From contig DASQGJ010000050.1 in the NCBI GenBank assembly GCA_035632675.1, positions 69,619-133,618 of the forward strand: a DNA stretch of 64,000 nucleotides. Direction: 5' to 3'. A program made the position numbers and the translations under genes. This document shows, in pieces, positions 9,896 to 19,444 of the stretch (the stretch's first letter is position 1; each line of letters starts with the position of its first letter). The stretch is from Candidatus Dormiibacterota bacterium (GTDB lineage Bacteria; Acidobacteriota; Terriglobia; Terriglobales; Acidobacteriaceae). Below the pieces are notes generated by a model that did not search any database, was not told the DNA's origin, and saw nothing but the letters and a program-made list of their open reading frames with translations.

Positions 9896-11474
9896 ACTTC
9901 TGCGCCTTCGGCCCCGCTGCCTTTACTTCCGGCGGGGCGTCGAAGTTCTCGAAGTTCTTGGCGAAGCGGTTGCGTAGGTCTTCGGCCGCTTTGTCGTAGG
10001 CCGCTTTATCGGGCCAGGCATTGCGCGGGTTCAGCACCTGCGGGGGAACGCCGTGGCAGCGCTTCGGAATGCTGAATCCAAATGTGGGTTCGACTTCGAA
10101 TTCCTCGCGGATCAATTGGCCTTCGACGGCGGCATCGACCATGGCGCGGGTGTGCGGAATGCTCATGCGCTTGCCCACGCCGTACGGTCCGCCTTGCCAT
10201 CCGGTATTCACCAGCCAGCATTGCGCGTTGTGTTCGCGCAGGCGGCGGCCCAGCATCTCGGCGTAGGTCTTGGGAGGCAGCGGCAGGAACGGGGATCCGA
10301 AACACGTCGAGAATGTGGCCGACGGCTCCTTCACCCCGGCTTCGGTTCCGGCAACTTTCGCGGTGTAGCCGGAGAGGAAGTGATACATGGCCTGCTCGGG
10401 CGACAGCTTCGAGATCGGCGGCAGCACGCCGAACGCGTCAGCGGTGAGAAATACGACATTCTTCGGATGCCCGCCAATGCCGGGGATTACTGCGTTGTCG
10501 ATGAACTCGACAGGATAGGCGGCGCGCGTATTCTCCGTCTTGCTGTCGTCGTCGTAGTCAGGGATGCGCGTATGCGAGTCGAGCGTGACATTCTCGAGCA
10601 CGCAGCCGAAGCGCAGCGCGTTCCAGATCTGCGGCTCGTTCTGCTTGGAGAGCTTGATGCACTTGGCGTAGCATCCACCCTCGAAGTTGAAAACGCCGTC
10701 GGCGCTCCATCCGTGTTCGTCATCACCAATCAGGTCGCGCGAGGGGTCGGCGGAGAGCGTGGTCTTGCCGGTGCCCGAGAGTCCGAAGAACAGAGCGCTC
10801 ACGCCGTTGTGTCCGACGTTCGCCGAGCAGTGCATGGGAAACACGTTGCGCTGGGGCAGCAGGAAATTCATGACGCTGAAGATCGACTTCTTCATCTCGC
10901 CGGCGTAAGACGTTCCGCCGATGAGTACGGTGCGGCGCATGAAGTTCAGCAGGATAAAGACTTCGGAGTTCACGCCGTCGCGCTTGGGATCGGCTTTGAA
11001 CTCCGGAGCGGAAATCACGGTGAACTCAGGGCGATGGACTCTCAGTTCCTGCGCGGTCGGCCGCAGGAACAACTGTCGCACGAACAGGTTATGCCAGGCA
11101 TATTCGTTCACGATCCGTACGGGCAGGCGATAGGCGGGATCGGCGCCGCAAAAAAGATCCTGCACATAGAGTTCGCGTCCGCGCAGGTGTTCCATCACGC
11201 GGGTATAGAGCGCGTCGAACTTGTCGGTCTCAAACGGGACATTGACCGCACCCCAGGCGACGGTGTGCGTGGTCATCTCGTCCTTTACGATGAACTTGTC
11301 TTTCGGAGAGCGGCCGGTGCGGTTGGTGTAGCCCACAATCGAGCCGTTGGACGCCATCTTGGATTCGTTGCGCCGGATGGAGTGCTCCACCAGCACCGCC
11401 GGGGAGAGATTGAAGTGGGTTCGGCCTTCGCTCAACAACTCGGCCACGTCGCTGACGTGCATGGTGGTCGCCAT
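9894..11474 (-). CDS. pckA: phosphoenolpyruvate carboxykinase (ATP)
   Basis: Kinase-1a motif [13 protein letters not shown] and full-length similarity to the ATP-dependent PckA pattern. The start is chosen at ATG 11474, 9 nt after AGGAG. The ORF is open to 11513. Confidence 0.9.
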   Translation of the reverse strand: MATTMHVSDVAELLSEGRTHFNLSPAVLVEHSIRRNESKMASNGSIVGYTNRTGRSPKDKFIVKDEMTTHTVAWGAVNVPFETDKFDALYTRVMEHLRGRELYVQDLFCGADPAYRLPVRIVNEYAWHNLFVRQLFLRPTAQELRVHRPEFTVISAPEFKADPKRDGVNSEVFILLNFMRRTVLIGGTSYAGEMKKSIFSVMNFLLPQRNVFPMHCSANVGHNGVSALFFGLSGTGKTTLSADPSRDLIGDDEHGWSADGVFNFEGGCYAKCIKLSKQNEPQIWNALRFGCVLENVTLDSHTRIPDYDDDSKTENTRAAYPVEFIDNAVIPGIGGHPKNVVFLTADAFGVLPPISKLSPEQAMYHFLSGYTAKVAGTEAGVKEPSATFSTCFGSPFLPLPPKTYAEMLGRRLREHNAQCWLVNTGWQGGPYGVGKRMSIPHTRAMVDAAVEGQLIREEFEVEPTFGFSIPKRCHGVPPQVLNPRNAWPDKAAYDKAAEDLRNRFAKNFENFDAPPEVKAAGPKAQK

Positions 11475-11670
11475 GAGGGACATCTCCTGGGAAGTGCGCA
11501 AAAATAAGCGCAAAGCAAAAACGTTCTATTCTGCCTTAAAACGTCGGCCTTGCCAAGGAACGGGATCACACTTCGCGGAATGATCGCAAGAGAAACGATA
11601 TTGTGAAGCGAGAAGTGAAATCCCTGCGGACGCGCAGGGATGAGCGGTCCCCGGCGACGCGCCTTAATGC

Positions 11671-11853
11671 CTACTCTGACGTCTTGTAGTCGCAGGCGGT
11701 GCGGCAAGGTTCGCAGTAGTACAAACTGTCGTTGCAAAGGCGGACGTCGATCACCGACTGGCAAAGGCAGCAATATTTCTCGCACTGACAGTTGGATTCG
11801 GTTTGTTCGCACGATGCGCAGCGATATTTGGCGGAGCCGGTTCCGGTAGCCAT
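11671..11853 (-). CDS. small cysteine-rich protein (11 Cys in 60 aa)
   Basis: MATGTGSAKYRCASCEQTESNCQCEKYCCLCQSVIDVRLCNDSLYYCEPCRTACDYKTSE. Third-codon positions are GC-biased like neighbouring genes. No obvious SD is present. Confidence 0.5.
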   Translation of the reverse strand: MATGTGSAKYRCASCEQTESNCQCEKYCCLCQSVIDVRLCNDSLYYCEPCRTACDYKTSE

Positions 11854-11905
11854 GACACTAATCTAGCGTGCGCAGCGAGAAGTCGGAACGTGACGGAGGT
11901 AATTC

Positions 11906-12029
11906 GGGTCAGGGGTTAGGGATCAGAGGTCAGGGGTCAGTGTCACAGTCTTTGCTGGTTGTGCTGTTGTTCGGATCACTCTCGGTGACCTCTGAATACT
12001 GGCCCCTGACCCCTGATCCCCGACCTCTG
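11906..12029. repeat. GGTCAGGGG/CCCCTGACC-unit palindrome
   Basis: gggtcaggggttagggatcagaggtcaggggtcag ... ggcccctgacccctgatccccgacctctg. It lies in the divergent spacer upstream of murE. Confidence 0.65.
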
Positions 12030-12057
12030 CACTATGTGCCCTATATAATTTTAAGCA

Positions 12058-13557
12058 ATGACTTTTCAACATCTGCTGGATGGCGCGGAGTTTCTCAGCC
12101 AGAGCGGGAATCCGGACGTCAGCGGTGTCGAATACGACTCCCGACGCGTGAAGGCGGGCAGCGTATTCGTGGCCATGCAGGGAGAGACGTCCGATGGGAA
12201 TCGCTTCATCGACCAGGCGATCCGGGCGGGAGCGATTGCAATCGTCACGGATTCGCCGGCAGAAAAGCAGCGGGAGGGCGTCGCCTGGGCCCTGGTGCCG
12301 CACGGGCGGCGGGCGCTGGCGCGGCTGAGCGCGAATTTCTACAAGCGTCCCGCCGAGCGGATTGCGGTCACCGGGATCACCGGAACCAACGGAAAGAGCA
12401 CCACCGCTTTTTTGATCGAGGCGATTCTGACGGCGGCGGGGCGCAAGAGCGCGCTGATTGGAACAATCGAATATCACGTGGCGGGACGAGTCTATCCCGC
12501 GCCGCACACCACTCCGGAGGCGCTGGAACTGGCGCGCCTTTTCAGTGAGGCGCTGGGTGAGGGTGCAACGGATGCCGTGATTGAAGTTTCATCGCATGCA
12601 CTTGCGCAACAGCGTGTGTTCGGCGTGCCGTTTGACGTTGCCGTTTTCACGAACCTCACCCGCGATCACCTCGACTATCACAAGACGATGGAGGAATATT
12701 TCGCGGCCAAGCGCGTACTGTTCGAAGGCTGCGGGACCGACGCGCCCCGCGCTGTAGTGACGAATCTCGATGACGAGTATGGAGTGAAACTAGCGGAGTT
12801 CAGCCGCAAGCGCAGTTCCGTGGTCCTGACGTATGGCTGGACACGCGGAGATTTCCATGCGGAGAAGGCGGACGTCACGCCGCGCGGCACGCGCTTCGAC
12901 ATGATCACTCCGCAGGAAAAGCTGGCGATCTTCTCGCCGCTGATTGGCCGGGTGAACGTGTACAACATTCTGGCCGCGGCGGCGGCGTGCTTCGCGCGGG
13001 GGTGCCCGGCGGATGCGATCATGCGCGGAGTCGGCGCGCTCACCCATGTCCCGGGGCGATTTCAGCGTGTGGATTGCGGGCAGCCGTTCACGGTGGTCAT
13101 CGACTACGCGCACACCGACGACGCGCTGCGCAACCTCACCGGGCTGGCGCGCGAGTTCGTGTCGCGAGGCGGCGGGGGAGCGCGGGTGATCACTCTTTTT
13201 GGGTGCGGCGGAGATCGTGATCGTGCGAAGCGTCCGCTGATGGGCGAGGCTGCCGGGCGTGGCAGCGACTTTGCCGTGCTCACGTCGGACAATCCGCGAA
13301 GTGAAGACCCGCTGGCGATCATCAACGACGCGCTGGTCGGGCTGCAGAGGACAGGCGCGAAGTATTCCGTGGAAGTCGACCGCAGGAAGGCGATTGCGCT
13401 CGCGATTGGAGAGGCGCGCCCCGGAGACATTGTGCTGCTCGCGGGCAAGGGACATGAGAAGGTGCAGGTGACGCGCGATGGGTCGCATCCATTCGATGAT
13501 GTAGAAGTGGCGCGGGAAGTGTTGCGGGGTGCGGGGTTCGAGTGCGGAGCTAAATAG
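12058..13557 (+). CDS. murE: UDP-N-acetylmuramoyl-L-alanyl-D-glutamate--2,6-diaminopimelate ligase
   Basis: Mur ligase P-loop GITGTNGKSTT. A DNPRSEDP (DNPR) motif typical of meso-DAP-adding MurE. dcw context. Confidence 0.92.
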   Translation: MTFQHLLDGAEFLSQSGNPDVSGVEYDSRRVKAGSVFVAMQGETSDGNRFIDQAIRAGAIAIVTDSPAEKQREGVAWALVPHGRRALARLSANFYKRPAERIAVTGITGTNGKSTTAFLIEAILTAAGRKSALIGTIEYHVAGRVYPAPHTTPEALELARLFSEALGEGATDAVIEVSSHALAQQRVFGVPFDVAVFTNLTRDHLDYHKTMEEYFAAKRVLFEGCGTDAPRAVVTNLDDEYGVKLAEFSRKRSSVVLTYGWTRGDFHAEKADVTPRGTRFDMITPQEKLAIFSPLIGRVNVYNILAAAAACFARGCPADAIMRGVGALTHVPGRFQRVDCGQPFTVVIDYAHTDDALRNLTGLAREFVSRGGGGARVITLFGCGGDRDRAKRPLMGEAAGRGSDFAVLTSDNPRSEDPLAIINDALVGLQRTGAKYSVEVDRRKAIALAIGEARPGDIVLLAGKGHEKVQVTRDGSHPFDDVEVAREVLRGAGFECGAK

Positions 13558-13646
13558 GCATTTTGCAGGCTGCCCGCAGTGGGGGCGAGACGCCGTCACG
13601 ATAGCCGCCGGGACGGCGGCGCTACGTGTAGCGGTAAAGGAAATCA

Positions 13647-15026
13647 ATGAAGCTGGCGCTTTCGAAGATCGCGGATTTCACATCGGCTGCAGGTGACTTT
13701 CCTGGGGACGAAGTCGCGCAGGGATATTCCATCGATTCGCGCACGGTCGGGAAGGGCGAACTCTTCTTTGCGGTGAAAGGGGAGCGGCTTGACGGGCATG
13801 ACTACGTTGACGCGGCGCTGGAAAGAGGCGCGACCGCGGCGGTGGTGCGTAAGGACCAGGTCCACCGTTTCCCGGGCAAGAACAGGCTCCTTGCCGTCGA
13901 AGACACTCTTGTGGCGCTACAATCGCTGGCCACCGCAGTCCGCAAAGTCTGGGGCAAACCGCTGGTTGGGGTCACGGGCTCAGCGGGAAAGACTACGACC
14001 AAAGAGGCGATCGCGCACGTCCTCAGCTCGCGATTCCGTGTGCTCAAGTCCGAGGGCAACTTCAACAATCATTTTGGGCTGCCGCTGATGCTGCTGAAAC
14101 TCGAACTGGCGCACGATGTCGCCGTCATTGAGATGGGGATGTCGCATGCAGGTGAGATTCGGGCGCTGGCAAAAATCGCACAGCCTGAGATCGGCGCGGT
14201 GACCAACGTCGCTCCGGTGCATCTTGAGTTCTTTGATTCGCTGGCGGGAATCGCGCGCGCGAAGTACGAACTGGTGGAGTCGCTGCCGGCCAGTGGGACG
14301 GCGGTGCTCAATGCCGACGATTATTACGTCTCGCAATTCGGGCGTGACTTCAAAGGCAAAGTGATCGCCTACGGCACGAGCGCGACCGCCGACGTCCGCG
14401 CGGAGAATATACAGTCCTGCGGGGCGGAAGGCTCGAAGTTTGACGTGGTCACTGCGAACGGACGCGAAGCGGCAACGCTGCACATGGTGGGAGAGCACAA
14501 CATCTTAAACGCCCTTGCGGGGGTGGCGGTGGGGTTGGCGCGCGGCCTGACGCTTTCCGAAACCGTGGGCGCGCTCGCCACCTTGAAGCCGGCAGACAAG
14601 CGGGGGCAGGTTCTCCAGTTGGGTAACATCACCGTCATCAACGATTGCTACAATTCCAATCCGAAGGCTCTCAACGCGATGGTGGACGCGCTGGCGGCGA
14701 TGGTAGCGGGACGCCGCATCGTGGTGGCGGGCGAGATGCTCGAGTTGGGCCCGGCAGGAGAAGAGATGCATCGCGCCGCCGGGCAGCACGTCGCCGCGAA
14801 GAAGATCGACATGCTGGTGGGTGTCCGCGGCGTCGCGCAAGCCATGGTCGATGGTGCGAAGCAGTCAGGCGCACACGCACAATTCGTAGCGACGCCCGAG
14901 GACGCAGGCGAATGGCTCGCGCGCCATACACGCGACGGCGACGTGGTGCTGCTGAAGGCCTCGCGCGGCGTGAAGCTGGAAAAGGCGCTGGAGACGTGGC
15001 AAGAGAAGCTAAGAGCTAAAAGCTAA
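13647..15026 (+). CDS. murF: UDP-N-acetylmuramoyl-tripeptide--D-alanyl-D-alanine ligase
   Basis: GVTGSAGKTTTKE P-loop, MurF-length protein, positioned between murE and mraY. Confidence 0.9.
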   Translation: MKLALSKIADFTSAAGDFPGDEVAQGYSIDSRTVGKGELFFAVKGERLDGHDYVDAALERGATAAVVRKDQVHRFPGKNRLLAVEDTLVALQSLATAVRKVWGKPLVGVTGSAGKTTTKEAIAHVLSSRFRVLKSEGNFNNHFGLPLMLLKLELAHDVAVIEMGMSHAGEIRALAKIAQPEIGAVTNVAPVHLEFFDSLAGIARAKYELVESLPASGTAVLNADDYYVSQFGRDFKGKVIAYGTSATADVRAENIQSCGAEGSKFDVVTANGREAATLHMVGEHNILNALAGVAVGLARGLTLSETVGALATLKPADKRGQVLQLGNITVINDCYNSNPKALNAMVDALAAMVAGRRIVVAGEMLELGPAGEEMHRAAGQHVAAKKIDMLVGVRGVAQAMVDGAKQSGAHAQFVATPEDAGEWLARHTRDGDVVLLKASRGVKLEKALETWQEKLRAKS

Positions 15027-15047
15027 AAGCTGCAAGTCGGAGGCCGA

Positions 15048-16181
15048 TTGCTCTACTGGCTGTTGTTCGTCAAGCTGCAACATTACGTTGCGCCGTTCCG
15101 CATCTTCCGCTACGTCACGTTCCGCACGGCGTTCGCGAGCCTCACCGCGCTCTTCACCGCGCTCATCGTGGGGCCGCTCGTCATCGGTCGCCTGCGCGAC
15201 TTCCAGATTGGACAATTCATCCGCGAAGAAGGTCCGAAGGCGCATCAGAAAAAGGCGGGCACGCCGACCATGGGCGGGTTGCTGATCGTCATCGCGATTG
15301 TGGTTCCTACGCTGTTGTGGGCTGACCTGAGCAATCGCTTCATCTGGATCGCAGTTTTTTCTACGTGCGCGTATGCGGCCATCGGGTTCGCCGACGATTA
15401 CAGTAAGGTGGCGCACCGCCGCAACCTGGGCCTGACCAGCCGCGCCAAGTTTGGCTTGCAGGTTGCGGCCAGCATTGTGATCGCCTCGATGCTGATCGCG
15501 ATGCAGACGTACAACATGTATTCCACGAAGTTAATCGTGCCGTTCTTCAAGCATTTTCATCCCGACCTGGTGGTGCAGGGCTGGGAGCGCTTCCCGCATC
15601 TCTGGCCTCTGGCCTTCGTGCTCTTCATCGGATTCGTGGCGCTGGTCATTGTTGGCTCCAGTAATGCGGTGAACTTGACGGACGGCCTCGACGGGTTGGC
15701 GATCGGATGTACGGTCATCGCTGCCGGGGCTTTGACGGTGCTGACGTATGTCAGCGGCCACGCGACTTTTGCGACGTATCTGGAACTGCAGCGCATGCCG
15801 CAAGTCGCGGAGTTGACGATTTTCTGCGGGGCGATGGTCGGGTCGTCGATCGGATTTCTGTGGTACAACGCGCATCCCGCAGAAGTTTTCATGGGCGATG
15901 TGGGATCGCTGGCGCTGGGAGGGGCGATCGGCACCGTCGCGGTGATGATCAAGCAGGAACTGCTTCTGCCCTTCATTGGCGGAGTCTTCGTCATCGAGGC
16001 GCTGTCGGTGATTCTGCAGGTCGGCTCATACAAGCTGCGCAAGAAGCGCATCTTCAAGATGGCGCCGTTGCATCATCATTTCGAATTGCTGGGCTGGTCG
16101 GAGTCGAAGATCATCGTGCGCTTCTGGATCGCGTCGCTGGTGTTCGCCCTGTTCGCGCTGACGACGTTGAAATTGAGATAA
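15048..16181 (+). CDS. mraY: phospho-N-acetylmuramoyl-pentapeptide transferase
   Basis: Polytopic membrane protein with MraY motifs (KKAGTPTMGG, NAVNLTDGLDGLA, MGDVGSLALGG, APLHHHFEL). TTG start. Confidence 0.92.
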   Translation: MLYWLLFVKLQHYVAPFRIFRYVTFRTAFASLTALFTALIVGPLVIGRLRDFQIGQFIREEGPKAHQKKAGTPTMGGLLIVIAIVVPTLLWADLSNRFIWIAVFSTCAYAAIGFADDYSKVAHRRNLGLTSRAKFGLQVAASIVIASMLIAMQTYNMYSTKLIVPFFKHFHPDLVVQGWERFPHLWPLAFVLFIGFVALVIVGSSNAVNLTDGLDGLAIGCTVIAAGALTVLTYVSGHATFATYLELQRMPQVAELTIFCGAMVGSSIGFLWYNAHPAEVFMGDVGSLALGGAIGTVAVMIKQELLLPFIGGVFVIEALSVILQVGSYKLRKKRIFKMAPLHHHFELLGWSESKIIVRFWIASLVFALFALTTLKLR

Positions 16182-16193
16182 AAGAAGACCTGA

Positions 16194-16277
16194 GCCACGG
16201 ATTTTCACGGATCCTCACGGATAGACCTTTTAGTTTGTTCTTGGTGGATCCCTGGAAATCCGTGGCGATCCGTGGCC
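16194..16277. repeat. CACGGAT/ATCCGTG-unit palindrome, copy 2
   Basis: gccacggattttcacggatcctcacggatag ... ggatccctggaaatccgtggcgatccgtggcc. mraY-murD spacer. Confidence 0.7.
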
Positions 16278-16288
16278 AAAGTTTTTTG

Positions 16289-16324
16289 TTTTCTCCGTGT
16301 CTCCGTGACTCTGTGGTGAAATAG
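16289..16324. repeat. CTCCGTG-unit half element ending in GTGGTGAAATAG
   Basis: ttttctccgtgtctccgtgactctgtggtgaaatag. It ends 5 nt before the murD ATG. Confidence 0.6.
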
Positions 16325-16329
16325 ATTTA

Positions 16330-17709
16330 ATGGAACTCAACGGAAAACGCACTCTGGTGGTTGGCCTCGGCAAGTCCGGGGTGGCGTCAGCGCTGTTCAT
16401 GAAGGCGCGCGGGGCGCGGGTCACGGTTTCGGACACCAAAAGCGGGGACGAATTGCGGAACGAAATCCCTGTGCTGCTCGATCATGGCATCACGGTCGAA
16501 ACCGGGGGACACGGGGACCGCACCTTTCGCGGGCAGGACTTAATCGTTGTCAGCCCGGGCGTTCCCGTGGATGCGCCGCCACTGGTGCAGGCGCGGTCGC
16601 TGGGCGAGACCGTGATCGGCGAGATCGAACTGGCGGCGCAGTTCCTGCCCGGCCCCATCGTCGCCATCACCGGATCGAACGGCAAGACCACCACCACCAC
16701 TCTCGCGGGCGAGATCATGACGGCTGCTGGTTTCCCCACACTGGTGGGTGGCAACATCGGCACGCCCGCGATTTCGTTGGCCGAGCGCGCCAAACCCGAC
16801 ACGTTGATCGTTCTTGAGATATCGAGTTTTCAGCTGGAGACGATTCAGACCTTCCGTCCGAAGGTTGCAGTCGTGCTGAACGTAACACCCGACCATCTCG
16901 ACCGGCACCGCACGTTCGAGGTTTACACCGACGCGAAGGCCCGCATCTTCGAGAACCAGCAGGGAAGTGACTTCGCCGTGCTGAACGCCGACGATCCCAC
17001 GTGCGTCGCGATGGGCGCGCGAACCCGGGCGCAGGTCTTCTGGTTCAGCCGCCAGAAAGAAGTGCAGCAGGGTGCATGGGTGCGCGATGGCAACATAGTG
17101 TTCCGCAGGCCGGAAGGTCAGCACGAGATTCTGCAGGTTTCTGAGATTCCGCTCAAGGGCGCGCACAATCTGGAGAATGTGCTGGCCGCGGTTTGCACCG
17201 GTGTGCTGATGGGCTGCGCGCCGGAGAAAATTCGTCAGGCGGTCAGCGCCTTCAAGGCGGTCGAGCACAGGCTGGAATTTGTGGCGACCATTCGCGGCGT
17301 CGATTACTACAACGACTCCAAGGCCACCAACGTCGATGCCACGATCAAGGCGCTGGAGTCGTTCCCGGCCAACATCCACCTGATTCTCGGAGGCAAGGAC
17401 AAGGGCAGTGATTACACCGTGTTGAACGACCTGATCCGCCAGCGGGTGAAGCGCGTGTACACGATCGGCGCGGCCGCGGCCAAGATCGAGTCGCAAGTCG
17501 TTTCTTCGAAAATCGGGGGCGCGGAAATCGTGCACGCCGAGACGCTGGAGAATGCCATCCGAAAGGCAAACGCGATGGCGCAGCCGGGCGACGTGGTTCT
17601 GCTGGCTCCGGCCTGTGCCAGCTTTGATCAGTTCAAGAACTACGAGCACCGCGGGAAGGCGTTCAAGGAGATCGTGAAGGGACTGGCGAACGAAACCGGG
17701 AAGCCCTGA
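16330..17709 (+). CDS. murD: UDP-N-acetylmuramoylalanine--D-glutamate ligase
   Basis: N-terminal Rossmann GLGKSG, ITGSNGKTTTT P-loop, dcw position. Confidence 0.92.
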   Translation: MELNGKRTLVVGLGKSGVASALFMKARGARVTVSDTKSGDELRNEIPVLLDHGITVETGGHGDRTFRGQDLIVVSPGVPVDAPPLVQARSLGETVIGEIELAAQFLPGPIVAITGSNGKTTTTTLAGEIMTAAGFPTLVGGNIGTPAISLAERAKPDTLIVLEISSFQLETIQTFRPKVAVVLNVTPDHLDRHRTFEVYTDAKARIFENQQGSDFAVLNADDPTCVAMGARTRAQVFWFSRQKEVQQGAWVRDGNIVFRRPEGQHEILQVSEIPLKGAHNLENVLAAVCTGVLMGCAPEKIRQAVSAFKAVEHRLEFVATIRGVDYYNDSKATNVDATIKALESFPANIHLILGGKDKGSDYTVLNDLIRQRVKRVYTIGAAAAKIESQVVSSKIGGAEIVHAETLENAIRKANAMAQPGDVVLLAPACASFDQFKNYEHRGKAFKEIVKGLANETGKP

Positions 17710-17725
17710 GCCTTCTTCGATGCCC

Positions 17726-17814
17726 TTGTCATCCTGAGCGGCGTTCTGTGCCGCGAAGGACCTGTGCAATTCGCCGGGGAGTACACAGGTCCTTCGCTTC
17801 GCTCAGGATGACAA
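17726..17814. repeat. TTGTCATCCTGAGCG / CGCTCAGGATGACAA palindromic element, short copy
   Basis: The termini at 17726-17740 and 17800-17814 are identical to those of the 4174-4398 element. The inner stem is gaaggacctgtg/cacaggtccttc. Confidence 0.7.
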
Positions 17815-17885
17815 CGCAGCCTTTGCAGATACCACGTCCCCGAACCAAAACAATCAACACTCAAAACTCACAATCCATAATTCTT

Positions 17886-17918
17886 CCTCCGTGTCTCCGG
17901 GCCTCCGTGGTGAAATAG
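17886..17918. repeat. CTCCGTG-unit half element ending in GTGGTGAAATAG
   Basis: cctccgtgtctccgggcctccgtggtgaaatag. It ends 7 nt before the ftsW ATG. Confidence 0.6.
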
Positions 17919-17925
17919 GTGTCCC

Positions 17926-19017
17926 ATGGCGAAGCGCGTGAGTGTCGACCGCTGGCTGTTTACCGTCACCATGGTGCTCGTCTTTGTCGGATTAGTAATG
18001 GTGTTTTCCGCGTCGGCGGTGATGGCCCGCGAGCGCTTCGGATCGCCCTACGCATTCCTCTCGAAGCAGTTGATCTGGGCCGTGGCCGGACTCGCCGCCA
18101 TGGTCGTCACCATGCGCCTCGACTACCGCCGCTACAAGCATCCGGCGCTGGTGTTTTCGCTGATGGGCCTGACTACACTGCTGTTGATCTCCGTCTTCTT
18201 TCTCGACCGCTCGCACAATACGCACCGCTGGATTCATGCCGGAGGCTTCTCGTTTCAGCCGTCAGAGCTGGCGAAGCCGGTCCTGATCCTGTTCCTCGCG
18301 TATTTTCTGGAGAGTCGCGCCAAGACCATGGACGACGTGCGCAACACGCTGCTGCCCGCATCTGCACCGGTGCTGGTGTTTCTCGGCCTCATAGTTTTGC
18401 AGCCCGATCTGGGAACGGCCATTGCCTGCGCCGGCATTGCGGCCTGCATCCTCTATGTCGCCGGCATGCGCATGCGGTATTTCGGATACGCCTTCGCAGC
18501 GTCGCTGGTGCCGCTCTATTTCCTGATCTTCCACGTCAGCTTCCGGCGCGACCGCATCCTGGCATTTCTCAATCCCTACGCCGATCGTCAGAAGGCGGGA
18601 TTCCACATTATTCAGTCGCTCATTGCCGTGGGCACGGGCGGAATTACTGGCACGGGCCTGATGGAAGGCAAGCAGAAATTGTTCTACCTTCCCGAGCCGC
18701 ACACGGATTTCATCTTCGCGGTCACCGCTGAAGAATTGGGCCTGGTCGGCGCGATATTTGTTGTCACTCTGTTTGCCATCTTTCTCTGGCGTGGCATGCG
18801 CGCGTCGTGGCGCACCGGTGACCTCTTCGGCCGCTATCTGGCGGTCGGCATCACCAGCATGGTCGTGCTACAGGCGCTGATCAATATCAGCGTCGTGCTT
18901 GGCATGGTGCCGACCAAGGGCATTCCACTGCCGCTGGTTTCCTATGGTGGATCGTCTCTTTTTGTGACGCTGGCGTGCGTAGGTGTGTTGCTGAATATTA
19001 CGAAGCAGGCCGAATAA
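17926..19017 (+). CDS. ftsW: SEDS-family peptidoglycan glycosyltransferase FtsW
   Basis: 10-TM FtsW/RodA/SpoVE pattern (QPSELAKP, LQPDLGTA, PEPHTDFIFA, PTKGIPLPLVSYGGSS). Called ftsW from its position between murD and murG. Confidence 0.85.
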   Translation: MAKRVSVDRWLFTVTMVLVFVGLVMVFSASAVMARERFGSPYAFLSKQLIWAVAGLAAMVVTMRLDYRRYKHPALVFSLMGLTTLLLISVFFLDRSHNTHRWIHAGGFSFQPSELAKPVLILFLAYFLESRAKTMDDVRNTLLPASAPVLVFLGLIVLQPDLGTAIACAGIAACILYVAGMRMRYFGYAFAASLVPLYFLIFHVSFRRDRILAFLNPYADRQKAGFHIIQSLIAVGTGGITGTGLMEGKQKLFYLPEPHTDFIFAVTAEELGLVGAIFVVTLFAIFLWRGMRASWRTGDLFGRYLAVGITSMVVLQALINISVVLGMVPTKGIPLPLVSYGGSSLFVTLACVGVLLNITKQAE

Positions 19018-19053
19018 GGAAATTCCTAATTGCTGATTGAGATTCTCGCGGAA

Positions 19054-19440
19054 TCATCCCCGCGTGATGTGGGATCGCAACCAGGCCGCTAAGTTTTTCT
19101 CTGATAAGTCTCCGGCAGCGACGGATTCCATGGTCGAGATGCACTCGGCTTCGTCGGCATCAAGCGTCCATCCATTCAGATTCAGGAACAATTCCATCAC
19201 CACGAATGCGGTGCGCTTGTTTCCATCGAGAAAGGCATGGTTGCGAGCCAGGCCGAACGCATAGGCGGCGGCGAGATCGGCAGCATCCGGACGGTCGCCA
19301 TACGCTGCCAGGTTCTGTGGCCGAGCCATCGCGGATGAGAACAATCCTTCGTCGCGAAGACCCTGAATGCCGCCATGCTCCGCAAGTTGCGCCTCATGGA
19401 TGGCGAGTGCAACGCTGTCAACGACCCACGTCCAGCGCAT
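19054..19440 (-). CDS. doc: type II toxin, death-on-curing (Doc/Fic) family
   Basis: Doc-type Fic motif HAFLDGNKRTAF. 128 aa. Its start lies 4 nt after the stop of the upstream antitoxin gene. Confidence 0.85.
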   Translation of the reverse strand: MRWTWVVDSVALAIHEAQLAEHGGIQGLRDEGLFSSAMARPQNLAAYGDRPDAADLAAAYAFGLARNHAFLDGNKRTAFVVMELFLNLNGWTLDADEAECISTMESVAAGDLSEKNLAAWLRSHITRG

Positions 19441-19444
19441 GCTC

